A stretch of 55,518 bases of DNA, counting the filler, from Circinaria calcarea (Eukaryota): the NCBI GenBank assembly GCA_051942165.1. It is 5 parts of 5 records of this genome, joined end to end, with 100 filler letters (N's around TTAATTAATTAA, not from the genome) between each part and the next. Parts side by side here need not be neighbours in the genome. Positions count along the whole stretch, not along the records: positions 1 to 11,041 come from JAVECS010000724.1; positions 11,142 to 22,168 come from JAVECS010000725.1; 3 more parts are not named here. One strand, written 5' to 3'. This document shows positions 1 through 13,324 of the stretch, piece by piece. Within the stretch, counting starts at the first letter, position 1. Each line of letters begins with the position of its first letter. Position numbers and translations under genes: made by a program. A model generated the notes under the pieces. The model searched no databases. It worked only from the letters and a program-made list of their open reading frames with translations, and was not told the origin of the DNA.

Positions 1-753
1 TGGGTAAATACCTCTAGATAGCATCTACCTGACCTGATTGAGTCTCATTCTTCGGTAAGCCTAACTCACAATACTCAAGTCCGTGGGGCTGGCTTGACTA
101 AAGACGGTCACATTTGTATCGAACCCTCTTTCGAGTACATCGATTTCCCAAACACCCAAATACTTTCGAGATGCCCGCCTAGATTCCACTTTAGACATCC
201 AGACAGCAATAGTATGGGGATTGCTCGGAGCACTATCTCCGCCCCTCACCTTAATTCCGGCAGGATCGTCTCCGGCCGAGTCGGTAAGGTCGCTTGGTAG
301 TGCTCCGACATCAGCACATAGTCTTAGGAGGCAGTTGTTGTGCTCCAACTCGTCATCTTTGTTGATTGAGTGTAGTAGGTCTAGAAACAGCACTAGCTTC
401 ATAGTTGACAGCGATGCAGTAGCTTCGCCACTACCTTCAGGTGATGCACACTTATGATATGAACGCAATTAGACTTCAAAATTAGGCCACCAAGAGGAGT
501 TTGCGGAGGCTAAATGGGATTCAGAGGTTTGAGGTGGTTAAGAAAACACAGAAGATCTTCTGCCATAGTGGATAGGATAGGATCACAATAGTATAGTCGA
601 TCAGTATGGAACCAGATAAAAAGCGTTCTCACCAAAGCAATTACCATATCATGGCAACCCGTTCTTCTCCTTGATATATACTTTTAGTAGTCTCAACCTT
701 CACATACGGCCATAGACTCAAAAGAACGGGGCATTCCCATCGCTCTTTTCACT

Positions 754-1281
754 GCGAATTTCTACAATGCCCCCTGTTGACCCATGTAATTACACGGCTG
801 ACCGTGTTTATCCTAGTAATTGACGTCTTGCTGAAATACACCCTAACCACTACATCTACGTAACCTACCTTGCTGTCGCTGTCACTTCGTATTTCACAAT
901 TACTCCTGCAGTCGCGGTGGTGGAAGGCTAAATAAAATCCGAATTGCGCGAAGGTTTAAAATGTACAGTATTACATTAATAAAAATCGCCTTTTACAGTT
1001 ACTATTCGATAACCACTTTCACTTGTTTTGTGGCAGGTTTCATACATGAGTTCTGATATGAAATCGCGATAAAGAAACGAGGGCATACGAAAACGCGGAA
1101 ATCACAATAACAGCGAATAATGCTATACTACTTTAGAAAGTCTATGGCCAATCAAGAGGCCAAAAGGTAAGTGGCGCCACACCACTTACGGGTATAGCAA
1201 AGGGATTTCAGCCAATTACATGGATAAAACAGTTTAGCCGAGAAATTACATGGGTCAGCAGAGGGTATTTTTGAAATTCGC
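754..1281. mobile_element. Degenerate MITE-like element with ~70-90 bp imperfect terminal inverted repeats
   Basis: 754-822 GCGAATTTCTACAATGCCCCCTGTTGACCCATGTAATTACACGGCTGACCGTGTTTATCCTAGTAATTG aligns with the reverse complement of ~1213-1281 (GCGAATTTCAAAAATACCCTCTGCTGACCCATGTAATTTCTCGGCTAAACTGTTTTATCCATGTAATTG). The interior is non-coding. No clear TSD. Confidence 0.6.
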
Positions 1282-1949
1282 CGCTCTTTTTACATCTACC
1301 ATTAAGCTCCACTACGCGCCCCTACCTGTTATTTGCTGCGTCTCATATTGCAGTCATGTCGCTCACGATTGCAGAATGCGATGATATACAGCCTCGGACT
1401 TTCGCACCCGTCGGTAAAATGTTCCCTATTTAAAGGAACAATAACTTATCCTATTAAAAGCCCACGTGCATTAGTGGCATATGAATTGATAAGCGGTTCT
1501 GCAGCTCTAGATTCCAGCAGTCTACTAGGGAAAAGGCTGAGACTACAGGCGTAAAATGATGTGAGTGGTCAGCCTCGTGCTATAGGGGGCTTACAGCTGT
1601 CAGCCTTCAAACCATTAATTATTCCAAAAGGGGAAGTTGCTCTCGAGCTGTAGCTCTATTCGTCCAGTTTCATGCAGAGCGTAGCACTGGAGGTTGCGTT
1701 GCACGCGACAGATGGTTGTCCCCCACTGGATTAGCTATGCACAGCCTCGTCGCGATGGTGACCTTAATTACAACGTATAGCCTATGGTACATATCCCGCT
1801 TTTACCTCGAGTGTACTTCTTTGCGAGAGTTACGTTACGATATCTTTACAGCTTCCAACTGAGCTTCTTTCGTGAAGTCTTAGAATCTAATTGTTTTTAC
1901 ATACAAACACTAGTTAGTCTTCTAGCGAGCAGTCTAATACGGCCTTTGG

Positions 1950-4900
1950 ATGGCTGACACAAACGATCTTGAATTGAACCGCAATAAGGAATTGACCGAG
2001 GAAGCTACCGTACTGGCTACTACGAGAGACCCGGAAGGACCACCCGATTTTGTACACATGGAAGACGCTGACAACATCCACCCTAATGCTGGACATGACA
2101 AAGACAAAGCGAGTCTCTCTGAGACAGCAACGCTTGAACCCGACACGACCTTGGATGTGTCAGAGGACAGGCCAAATAGCGACATCGTTGGCCACAAGTC
2201 CACCGGTCAAGCTGTAACTGAGGATGGCGAAGCCGCTGAACCACCACTCTCAAATGAGGAACAGCCCGGCGTGAGCGCTGAGGACGCACGGAACGACGAA
2301 GATAAACAAAAGCCGCCCTCGACCCTTGAGGAGCAAGATGGAGGGGCCGAATCCGACATATCAGTAGAAGAAGAACCCTCATCACAAGAGTCAGAAGACG
2401 ACTTCAGGAATCGCCGGGAGGTTTATGACGCCGTCAGGCGTGGGGACCTAGAAATACTAAAAACAACACTAGCGAAAATTAGTGATATCAACAGGATGTG
2501 GCGCAAAGGGCAGAATCCGCTACATTTTGCGTGTCGGCAAAGCGAGCGTACTGATGTGATAAAGATTCTGCTGGCCAAAGGTGTGGATGTTAAGTCAGAA
2601 ACTAAGGATAGGTATTTAAACACTGCTTTGCACCTGGCCATGCAACACGGGGAATTATCGACAGTGAGGCTCCTATTAGAAAAAAATGCCAATATCGAAG
2701 CTACCGACTCTAATGGCGAGACACCAATTTTTGACGCCGTATATTGGGATCATCCCAAGATTGTAGAGCTACTGCTGAATAAAGGGGCCAAAGTCAATTC
2801 TCGGTCAACTGAGGGACTAATACCTCTGAGCGCTGCGATTCTACGACTAGATCATCCCGATTCGATGGTCGACTTACTCTTGGACCGATGTGCTGACGTC
2901 AACCTAGCGGACGAAGATGGATGGACGCCTTTACACTATGCGGCACTGTGGAACGAGGAAGGCGCAGTCAAAGCAATACTATCACAGAAGGTTAACCTTC
3001 AGGCCACAAATAAAGAAAAGGAGACTGCTCTACATGTTGCAGTAAGGAACAGTTCCGATGATCTCAAAATCATAAAGCACCTTGTCAACGCTGCCAAAAC
3101 TACTGCCAATCTCGAGGAGTACGTAAGCACGAAGAATGACGATATGGAGACGCCTCTACACGTTGCATACAGGTCAAATGCCCCACACGATGTCATTCAG
3201 CTTCTCCTAGAAAACCATTCAGATCCGACAATTAAAAACAGCAGAGGGAAATCGGTTATTGGTGAGGCAATCAGGGATGGAAATATTTCAATCATCAAGC
3301 TACTTCTAACGAAGTGTGATAAAGTTATTGGCGGGGAAACAGACGATACTCGAGCAGTAGCGTCCGGTTGGCTCGTGAACAAAGAGAATAGGACCAACGA
3401 ATTATATGAGGCGGTAAAGGGGTCTTCAGACCGGGAATCATTTGCTCGGGCTTTATTAGATTTGGATATAGAGTTCGACGTAGAAAAAGCGAAGGATGAA
3501 GGTCGGACGATACTCCATCATCTTGTCGAAAAGGGCAGTAAAGATCTTATTACGAGATTATTGGATATCCATGGCGCAGACACAGAGACAAAGACCAAAG
3601 AGAGTAACCTAACAGCACTTCTCCTCGCTATCAAATGCGGCCGGAAAGATACCACCGCTATCATGGAACTCTTGCTTGAAAAGGGCGCTGATATAGAGGC
3701 AAAGACGAAAGAGAGTAACCTAACAGCGCTTCTTCTCGCTATCAAATGCGGCCGGAAGGATGCCACAGCTATCATGGAACTCTTGCTTGAAAAGGGCGCT
3801 GATATAGAGGCAAAAACGCGAGAAGAAGAAACAGCGTTGCATTTGGCAGTGAATTACGCCGATCAAGCTGACCAGAATGCTCCAGAGTTTTCTGAAGAAA
3901 ACGCCAATCAAGCATCTAAGACACAGTCGGGATCAAAAGCAAAGCCCAAACCAACGAAACCTCTAGGGGAGGCGGAGCGGGTCAGGAAGGACGGCCCGAC
4001 AGACGGAGGGTTTCGTGCCGAATCCAAGCGAGATACGGACACGGCTCAAGCTGAGGAGTTAATCGAATTACTGCTGAAGTATGGCGCGGATATCGGGGCA
4101 AAAGTAAATCTCCCTTAGAACTTTATCAATAACAGTCGTGTCTAATCTCAGTGAAGAATAAGGAAGGTTATACGGCTTTAACGTTAGCCCAGGAACTCAA
4201 AACTCGAACAACCTCTAAGAAGAAATTAAATTCGAGTGCTAAAGAGAATCTTTATACTCACAAATGCGTCGATAAACTTCGTAAACCCCCGGTGATCACT
4301 CAGCTACCCCCGTCCACGAAGCCCGTCTCAGCACCACGAGATCTTTCCGGAGTCGAGAGAGAGGTTTGCGAGTCTTTTGACGCCTTCATAATGGATTTTT
4401 ATGTCCAGACGCATTCGAAGGAAGAGCAGAAAAATCGTGAGGAATCGAAGGAGAAGCCGAAAGAAATTCTCAACGATTCGAGATCAAATCAGAAAGGCGA
4501 TCTCGATGCCTCGATGGAAACTCAGAAGATAAATCCTAAGAAATCAAAAGCGAGTCAAGAAAGCCAAGATGGTGAATCGAAAGGAACTACCCACAACATG
4601 CTGCAGAGAATAAGAAGCGTATACGATTTGATCAAAGATGGTCCAGATGCTATCATGAATGAGGCAAAGGACGAAATGGTTAAAACGCTGAAATCCAACC
4701 TACAAGACCACCGACATCTTGTGAGGTGGATCCACATTCCAGCCAATAACGTAAGTGATTATCGTTGAAACCAATATCGGCTTAAAGAAAGCTAATAGTG
4801 ATCCTTAGATTGTCTGGATTAAGGCAAGTTCAAATACAATTACATGGATACGAACATCAATCTAATAATCATGGTATTGTACTACAGGATTTAGTGCAAC

Positions 4901-7761
4901 GTATCTGCTATGACGAGAGCCAGACAAAAGATTATCACAAGTGCCTTCTTAATGCCATCAGCAATAAGAGTTACGAGCATATTGGAGCAAAGCCCCATTC
5001 TCGATATATGAAGCCGTCCTTTCTGGTTGTCCCGCTCCTCTTGTCTAAAAGTGATTAAATATTCCTTACTCTAACAGCTTCCAGGTGTACGATGAGCGAC
5101 CAGAAGATTATGTCAGTTCCGCTACAGAGAATTCAAGCTTGAAGTCAAAACGTGCCAAGACAACGTCATCCAAGCAAGCTATGACTACAATATATGTACG
5201 AGCACTAGAGAGTGGATGAGACGTAAACTAGTTGCTAACTAGACTATAATAGATACCGTATCTCAATTTCGAATCTCATTCTTCTCGAAGACAGATACAA
5301 GAGGAAATTGCACCATCAGCAAACCCCCCAGACTCCTTGAACCTGACCTCGGAAGAAGATTCTGATCGTACCAAAAAATGTAGATCCTTGGTTAGACACT
5401 ACCTCAATCACTCAAGAGGCAAATTGCACATCCATCGTACTTTAGACCAATTCTACTACGACTCTATCGATGACACCACGGAGCGTGACAGAACTCAGGT
5501 GATGTATCGCTATTCTGACACATTAACCAAACCTCCCCCAGACACAATCCCTGAGCAAAATCCAGCCCAGAAAGATGCAGTGGCGCCTGCACACAACTTG
5601 GAAAGGAAAGGAGACAAAAGTGAGGCCGATCCGAGTATAGGAGTACAAGCCCCCAGAGAAGCTAAAGCATCTGAGAACTCTGAGAAGCGTTTGCCTCCTG
5701 GATACTCGGAAAACCCTGTGATATTTACAGTAGATCAACTTTGGCTATGGATTATAGATGAAAGTATGTTCGTTTTTTTCAACTGAAATGTCTCCGAGCA
5801 TTTCTCCTTTTCTTACTTTACGCGCAAATTGCTTGCTCTTGGTGACCCTGTAACTCTCCCACTCTACTAGTCTATGAAGGTCTCCTTGAGCACCAGTGAA
5901 AGTTTTTGTGGCAGTCTAACCTTTTAATAGAAACAATCATCTCTAGCTTCCCAGAGCGATGGGCCGAGGAAAAGCTCCGGGATCTTAAGGTCCTTGAAAG
6001 CATCCAGATATATCTTCGAGAGAAAGGTCGGCGCAGAGTTGGATCAGTCCAAGAAATGGCGGCGCTGATCATGAGCATGTGCCTTCGATTTGTGGATAAG
6101 TGCCAACTTAGACGCCCCAATGGCAATTTAGACGAGAGATTTTTCGAAGCTTTTGCTTCCTCAGTGAGACGAGTTGTACGGCTTGCTTCTTGAGATCCGG
6201 AATCGGTTTGTGATGCTAATATAATATAGGCTCACAGGGAGGCAGAGTTGTTCAAAACCTTTAAGAAAGGGGAGGCAGAGTCGTTCAAAACCTTTAAGAA
6301 AGGGGAGGTAGAGTCGTTCAAAACCTTTAAGCAAGGAGAGGAACAGAATAAAACGAGACCAAAGGAGGAAAAGGAGGAGATAAGGCAAGAAGGTCCATTA
6401 AAGAAGAGTCCCACGCGCGTGACAAAAAAGTTGGTTAATTTTAGTGCCGAGGTTAAAATAAAGTTAACCAACTTTTTTGTCATGCGAGTGAGTCCCAAGC
6501 GAGACAGCCCCTTGAGCTCTCCACAAGGGCTTAACATTTTGGATGAGATCGAGATGCTTGAGGAGCTCAGGGATATTCGTGACGAGCTAAATATACTACA
6601 CAAGGTCTTGCGTGACCAGAAATCCGTTGTCGACAGAGCTTTCAGCAAAACCGGGCTTAACCTAAACCAAGAGGCCCGTAGTTATTATCTGGAGAGAACA
6701 GGTCTCGCTAGCCGAATCGCAGAGGTTGCAAAAATGGAAGAAGATGCCAGAGTAACATACGAGCAGGTAAGATATACCTTTCGTGCTGGCTTGTGTCCTT
6801 TGCTGACGAGCGAAGCTTAATCACCTTTTGGACCTCAAACAAAAAGGTGCAAATATAAAGGAAGCAGCAGCAGCAGTCGAACAAGGCCGGATCGCAGCCG
6901 GGTTAGCAAGAGAGGCTGCGCATCAGAGCCGTCTCATCTTTGTCTTTACGACGGTGACAGTATTCTTCGTGTGTGCCCACCCAAAGCAGTCCGAACCTGA
7001 TCCGTTTACTGACCCTCGACTGTATCTTAATAGCTACCTTTATCTTTTCTTACGTCCTTGTTCGCATTGAACATTGACATCTTTCCCAAGATATCAGGAG
7101 CCGAGCCAGGCAATGATGAATACGAGTCCCGATGGATATTTCCCATGATATGTAAGACCTCCATCCGAGCCCGTATATATATTGGGGCTCGGAACGCTTT
7201 CTAATCATTTTCTTGCCCACTCTAGTCTTGGTCTCTCTCGGTATCATGCTCATCATCGCCATCATCGCAACGATCTATGTCAATCAAGATCAGACTCAGA
7301 CCACCTTCTATACTAAGTATATTGGACCTACCTTATGCTTATATGGACTACAGCACGTCGATACTATAAATCCGGGGCCGGGAAATAAAGGACTCATTGC
7401 AGCCACCACTGAAGCCGCCCAAGATACCCAAAAGAAGTCTCTCGCAACGGGAAAGCAGACACAGATCGATTCCGGCATCACCCACGAGGAGACGGAAGCT
7501 AAAACTAAGACTCCCAGCGCTCCCACTACCACGGTTGGTCCTCATAAGCCAAAAATTGAGCTCAATACTGTCCCAACGGAACGAAGTTCGGACAATAGAA
7601 CGCCCGGTACATCGACCAATTCAGGGTCCCATGATACTCAACCTTACAAGCCTGAACTGGGAGAGCATCCCGAAAGCAGTGCTGAAGCATTCACTTTCTG
7701 GTCTAGGTGGTTCAAACATACTCGGTCAAATCGAAGGAGAAACGGATCCGATAAGGTTTGA
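1950..7761 (+). CDS. Ankyrin-repeat protein with C-terminal fungal CorA-like/transmembrane domain (multi-exon)
   Basis: Many ANK repeats (TALHLA, TPLHYAA, GADIEAK). Spliced downstream exons give the motifs typical of this fungal family: WIHIPANN-IVWIK-DL, IPYLNFE, HRTLDQFYY..RD..QV, VDQLWLWII, ISSFPERW, EIEMLEELRDIRDELNIL and the TM segment IFVFTTVTVFF-LPLSFLTSLFAL. Intron 4104-4156 restores GADIGAK|NKEGYTAL. 3' exon boundaries are approximate. Confidence 0.8.
3591..3818 (+). repeat. Near-identical 111-bp (37-aa) tandem duplication of an ankyrin repeat
   Basis: KTKESNLTALLLAIKCGRKD(T/A)TAIMELLLEKGADIEA occurs twice with period 111 nt and few nucleotide differences. Confidence 0.9.
6239..6337 (+). 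repeat. 3 x 33-bp in-frame coding tandem repeat
   Basis: GAGG(C/T)AGAGT(T/C)GTTCAAAACCTTTAAG(A/C)AAGG(G/A) x3, encoding E(A/V)E(L/S)FKTFK(K/Q)G. Confidence 0.9.
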
Positions 7762-8592
7762 TATACTCTGAGGATGAAGGGTGCTCATGATACTCGAGGT
7801 CAAAATGAATTCCCTAACAAGTTTGGGTTCCACGAGTCTTTTGGCTTAGATTTCGGTAGGAACTAGCGGAGCGATCTTATGCTCCTAATCTTGTAAATTA
7901 TTTAATCATATCTTTTATACGGCTAATTCATACTTTTCAAAAATTATTCCTCCCCACGACGATGTGCACACAATAGTCGGAGAGCCTTAATCATACATGT
8001 AAAACCTGCCTACTTCGTAACCCTGATTATTATTCCCTTATCCTACCCATGTTAGAGCAGTAGTACCTTAGCGTTAATATAGCTAGGGGGCGGCATGATA
8101 AAATTATAATATCTAAGTTTGAGATCAGCTGATTAATGATTGATTGGGTAACCAAGTCATGCGAAGGAAGGAGCAGGAGGTTAGCTGGCTAACCAAGGCC
8201 TTTGGGCCTTAAAGCCTGCCTTGGGGCATAGATAGAATTAATCGATTCTTTTCACCTCATTAGATGCTGTGCACCTCCCGTGACAAACCATCAGCGCATA
8301 CCAGCTATTACATTTTTTCTTTAAAAAAATTCATCAGCCAGCAGATACAGATAGGCTTGATGTCCAATATTAATGAACAGCTGACTTGTGCACGGAAATA
8401 GTTTGATCTAATTCTACTTGGGTATTGCCTATACCTACAGGAGATGACGGCGTTGTAGCAGTGTGTGACCATACATCTTGGTATATTCAGGAGTTCTCAA
8501 TGTATTTTGAATCTGTAGAGTAGTGTACCTTCCTCTACTACATGAAGCTCATTCGTTGCCATTACGCCAACGCCTTACCATAATACCACCAT

Positions 8593-9672
8593 CTAATCCG
8601 CCAACCTGAATGCATGTTAGCAACTCCTCTTGTTGGGTGGGGGCCAAGTTCTTACCTGTAGCTAACTAGGGTATCAACTTTGTGATTACTGGTGCTGAAG
8701 CTCCGAAGCTGCACTTTCTCCCCATCCTTGATCTCCTTCGAATCGCTGTCGCCCCATTCAAGTGGCACGTCCGAATCTGCATCAGCGTATACTAACACGT
8801 TGAATGTACAATTGCCATCCAATTGTGGGAGGAACGTAACCGATGCGGTGATCTGGCGGAAGATGGACTGTATCTCATCTTGGATCTCCTTTTCTGTTTT
8901 TTCCACCGGAGGTTCTGCATCACTAAAACCTGTTTTTCAACACGAGCAATCCAGATATGTTTGCAGATAAGAGCGACTAACTCTGGAGCAGCGTTCTCCT
9001 TGTCTGCTGTCTTTGTTGATGCGGACTTCTTGCTAGTTTTGCTGAACAATTGCACCTACGGCCGACTGTTAGATGGTTGACACAAAAGCAGCTCGAGAAA
9101 TAGCTACATCGAACTGCCATCTTTCCATAGGTTCACCGGTCTCTTTGCTTGTGATGACGACTACTAGCTTTGATATCTTACCACCAACCATCCATTTGTT
9201 TAACTGGGACATGATCTTTCTAATGTATGCTCTGACTTGATCATCCGAAGAAACTGTAAATTCTCAATAACTGGCCTTAAAAGGGGATAGGTCAAGACGC
9301 ACCCAGCATATTAAGGCCATACTTTTTGACACTTTCGGAATCAGTAGATCTCTTTTCTACCGACGGGTTGACCTACGCCGTAAAGTCTTCAGCTGGGTAT
9401 ACGCCTCTCTGAAAGCTGCACCATCATCAACATTCTGCAGTTGTCGGTTCATTGAAACAACCTACAGAATGGTATTTATCGAATACTCAAACTGTGCTAT
9501 GTTATCTCGAATCCAGTCTAAATAGGCGTGGCTAGAAGTCTTCTTACGAACTCAGCAACAAGCTTGGATGAGCCTAAGAAGTTGTAAGAAGTTGTAGATT
9601 CATAGCTTGCATAGAATTTCCACCTTTGAGTGATAGCTTGTGCACTTTGGATTTTTCCTTTTCTATTGACAT
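8593..9672 (-). CDS. MAD2: Spindle assembly checkpoint HORMA protein Mad2 (many small exons)
   Basis: Spliced: MSIEKEKSKVHKLSLKG|SSKLVAEF|FEYSINTIL|FQRGVYPAEDFTA|VKKYGLNML...QSIFRQITASVTFLP...FNVLVYADADSDVPLEWGDSD...VQLRSFSTSNHKVDTLVSYR|LAD*. Confidence 0.95.
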
Positions 9673-9922
9673 CTCGCTTGATTCAACAGTGATAAGGTGA
9701 TCTCAGATGTTTGGTCCTTGGAAAGATGAGTGTGTCGTTGAGGTAGGTTACAAACTGTGACAATGTAATTATCCGATTTCATTTGTTTACGCATTTTGCT
9801 TTGGGGAAAAGCCGCGATAGGGCTGGCTTAGGTAAGCATCTTAGCTTTAAAGTTAATTTGGATGCATCAGGTCAATCAGAAGAGCAATTTTGCGACCATG
9901 CAAATTTTGTCATCCTGAACCT

Positions 9923-11041
9923 ATGCGACCATGGAGGTGGTCTCTATACAGGGCTCAGTATGTTCCCCGTGCGCTGAATCCGCGAGTACCGCTGCGCTTT
10001 GTGACACCCACTGCTTTCCATCAAGTCTTTAGGAGTTCCTGGTCAAGACATGCGAGTACTCTTCATAAACTTGGAAACCTAGAGAAAAGGATATCTGAGA
10101 TACCAATCGAACGCTTCCGAAACTTCTGCATTGTTGCTCATGTCGACCATGGCAAATCTACACTCAGTGACCGTCTCCTCGAGATTACTGGCACAATTGA
10201 GCCCGGGGGCAAGAAACAGGTCTTGGACAAGCTTGACGTCGAGCGAGAGCGCGGAATCACTGTCAAGGCGCAAACATGTAGTATGATATACAACTACAGA
10301 GGAGAAGATTACCTGTTACATTTGGTGGACACTCCCGGCCATGTTGATTTCCGGGCGGAAGTGTCACGTAGTTACGCAAGCTGCGGTGGCGCCATACTCT
10401 TGGTTGATGCGAGTCAAGGAATACAGGCGGAGACAGTTTCTAAGTTCTATCTCGCCTTCGCGGAAGGCCTTGAGGTTTTACCAATCATCAACAAGGTAGA
10501 CCTGCCATCCGCGGATGTGCCTCGCACAATTGAGCAGATTAAGACAACGTTTGAATTGAACACAGAGAACACTGTGCTTGTTTCTGCCAAAACTGGACAG
10601 AATGTGCAGGCTGTATTACCTGCCGTGATTGAGCAGATCCCTGCTCCGATTGGCGATCAACAAAAACCTCTTCGTCTACTTCTCATTGACTCATGGTATT
10701 CAACCTACAAAGGCGTGATCCTCCTGGTCCGAATGTTCGATGGCCAAATCAGGGCAGGGGATCAAGTTACTTCTTTTGCTACAGGACTGAAGTACCATGT
10801 TGGAGAGGTTGGAGTCATGTATCCGGATCAGACACCACAAAAACTTCTGCGAGCTGGACAACTGGGATATATTTATTTTAACCCTGGTATGAAAAGAAGC
10901 CAGGAAGCCAAAGTTGGTGATACATACACAACAGTCGGATCGGAGAAGCTAGTTGAGCCTTTACCTGGTTTTGAGGAACCGCAGTCGATGGTTTTCGTGG
11001 CCGCTTATCCCGTTGATCAGAGTGAATACGGACACCTAGAA
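9923..11041 (+). CDS. GUF1: Mitochondrial translation GTPase Guf1/LepA (EF4), 3'-truncated by contig end
   Basis: [49 protein letters not shown]. Arg-rich N-terminal presequence from ATG 9923. Confidence 0.95.
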
Positions 11042-11141
11042 NNNNNNNNNNNNNNNNNNNNNNNNNNNNNNNNNNNNNNNNNNNNTTAATTAATTAANNN
11101 NNNNNNNNNNNNNNNNNNNNNNNNNNNNNNNNNNNNNNNNN
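11042..11141. other. Artificial contig linker (N44-TTAATTAATTAA-N44)
   Basis: Identical 100-nt spacer with six-frame stops, seen four times in the window. Confidence 0.98.
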
Positions 11142-13324
11142 CCCGAATCTCCCTCACTAACCCCCCACCCCCTTCCACCTTCCCCAACTTCACCACCATT
11201 CCCGTAACCTCCCGCTGCAACACCCCGACCTGCGCCTTGAGGATCGCATTTTCTTTCCTCGCCATCTCCAACGCACCCCTCAACTCCTCCTTCTCTCGCA
11301 CCAACCGCGCCTTCTCGTCCTTATCCTGCGTGCGCTTCATCCGCTCCTCCGCCCGCGCTTCTTCTCTCTTGCGCTTCGCTTCCAGCGCCGCAACCTCCTT
11401 GGCGTGTTTTTCTTCCGCCTTGGCAATGTCACGCGCATGCTTCTCCTCGGCTTTGCGGAGCCGCTCGAGCTCCTTGGAGGTGAGGTCTTCTTTGTTTTTG
11501 GTTTCACGTTCGCGGGTTTTGACGAGCTTGGCGTCGACTTTTGCCCTGCGAGCGGCAAGTTTGGCGAGTTCGTGGTCGTGGTGGGAGAGCGGGGTGGGTT
11601 TGGAGGATGTAGATGCCGTGGTGGATTTTAGGGAGGTGGTGGGAGAGGAGAGGTGGGAGTCTGCGCTGGCAAAGGAGGCGAGGCTTGTTGTGGATGTTGC
11701 GGGAGAAGGGATTTGGGCTTCTGTCGTAGTGTTCTTGATTTGAGACTCTGGTGGAGGATTTGAAGGTGCGGTCGAAGTGAATGAGGAAGGGGTGTGGTTA
11801 GGGAGACGGTCGATAACAGCTTGCGGAGCGTAGGTTCCGATGCTGGAATACGCAACGTTCGCTAGGTTTGAGAGAATCCCACCCGATTGGCTCGATACAG
11901 AGCGTTCGGTTGGCAAAGATGCCTGCGCTGGGTTTTCTGGAGTCAAAGTATGCGAGAAATCCTCGCGATCATCAAGGCCAACAAGATGACCGTTTGTCTG
12001 ATAAGCTTCCAACCCTGTTTCGTTCTCGGTTATCGCCTTGGTAGGATCTTTAATATCGTTTATCGACTCCTCGTTCAAGACTGCTTTTGATCTCTTACAG
12101 ACCCAGTCAAGGAACTTCCCAGCGTCAGAAACAATACCTGATGGCGTTCCTCGCTCGACCATAAATCGAGGTACACTACCACCCGGGTCACTTCTTGTAA
12201 TCATAATCCACTCGACAGGGGCAAGGAGGTCCTCCACATCGTCATGTAAATCCAGACTCTCGCCTTTGGCTTCTCTACCTCTAGACTCTGCAAACGAGAT
12301 AGTCTTGCCTCGTGCCCTTCCATCGGACAAGGGAGAATCTGCTGATTTCTGCCGAGCGTGCCGAAGGACAGCTTCTGTATCGACGGACGAAGGCGTGCCA
12401 GCAACACGCCCTCTGTGCGACAGGTCTGTAGTAGATGCCGATTTCGTTGGTTTGAACGGTATTTCACGAATGAACTCGATAGACTCGTATTGACCACGTA
12501 TAAACCCCTCCCTAGGTAGACAATCTGGGTGTATACATGGCTTTGATATCACCATAAAGTGCCTAGGATGTTCGGTAAACTGAGGTAAAGTTTGCTTCAC
12601 ACCGGGTCTGGGTGAAAAGGGCGGAGAAGATGGTTTGGGCAGGGCAGATGACGATGTCAGGAGCAGAGTAACAAAGTCCCTTGGCGTTGTAGGACCTGGA
12701 AATTGGGCGGATAGATGATAAACTAATACGTCCATGAGAATGCTGTCGACTCAACATCCATCTCTTTGGAAACTCACCTTCCATAGTCCCTACACCCTCG
12801 ATTTCCTTTTTCTCAACCCTCCTCTCCCCACCGATCCCCCTGATGTTCCCTTCTCCCGGTCCACCCAATACCTTCATACTCTCAGGGAACTCTGCTTGTA
12901 GTCCATCTTTCCATGTGGAAAAATCGAGGCCTTCATGGACACTCCTCCTTGCAAACCATGCGCCCCGACCATCCTTTCCACTCATCTTATAAACCCCCAT
13001 ACCCATAGGATTTTCCTTGGCGGATAGTTTGATGGGTTTACCCCATTCCTTCTGAAATTGAGCATGCTCCGGGATTGGGGGATCGGGCCGTGCGGAAGAA
13101 GTTGAGATTTCCGAAAGACTGCTGGCTTCGGAACTCAGCGTATTGGTGCGTGATCGCGCAGGAATTGCAGATGGCTCGATTGGAGGCGGAGGAACCGAAT
13201 CAATAAGGATCTGGCATTTCGCAAACGTTTCTTGTAAATAGGTCGATAAGCCTGACTCGTCGAGTGGGACGTCCGAGAATGCGGTAGGTGAAAGGGTTTG
13301 AAGGGCTTCATGAAGTGAGGCCAT
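11142..13324 (-). CDS. DUF3074 (START-like) domain protein with C-terminal coiled coil, 3'-truncated by contig end
   Basis: WFARRSVHEG, GNIRGIGGE, YHLSAQFPGPTTPRDFV, GQYESIEFIREIP, PVEWIMITRSDPGGSVPRFMVERGTP. Intron 12723-12777. Confidence 0.85.

Noticed and set aside
61..566. Minus-strand ORF fragment at the contig start
   Set aside because: May be part of a truncated gene, but I found no recognisable motif and no consistent start/splice model.
6239..6337. 33-bp repeats as a CRISPR array
   Set aside because: No spacers, in-frame within a eukaryotic exon, and no cas genes.
11086..11097. TTAATTAATTAA recurring every ~11.1 kb as a biological repeat
   Set aside because: Always centred in exactly 44+44 Ns. 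It is a six-frame-stop assembly linker, and ORF ends at 11086/11089 are artefacts.
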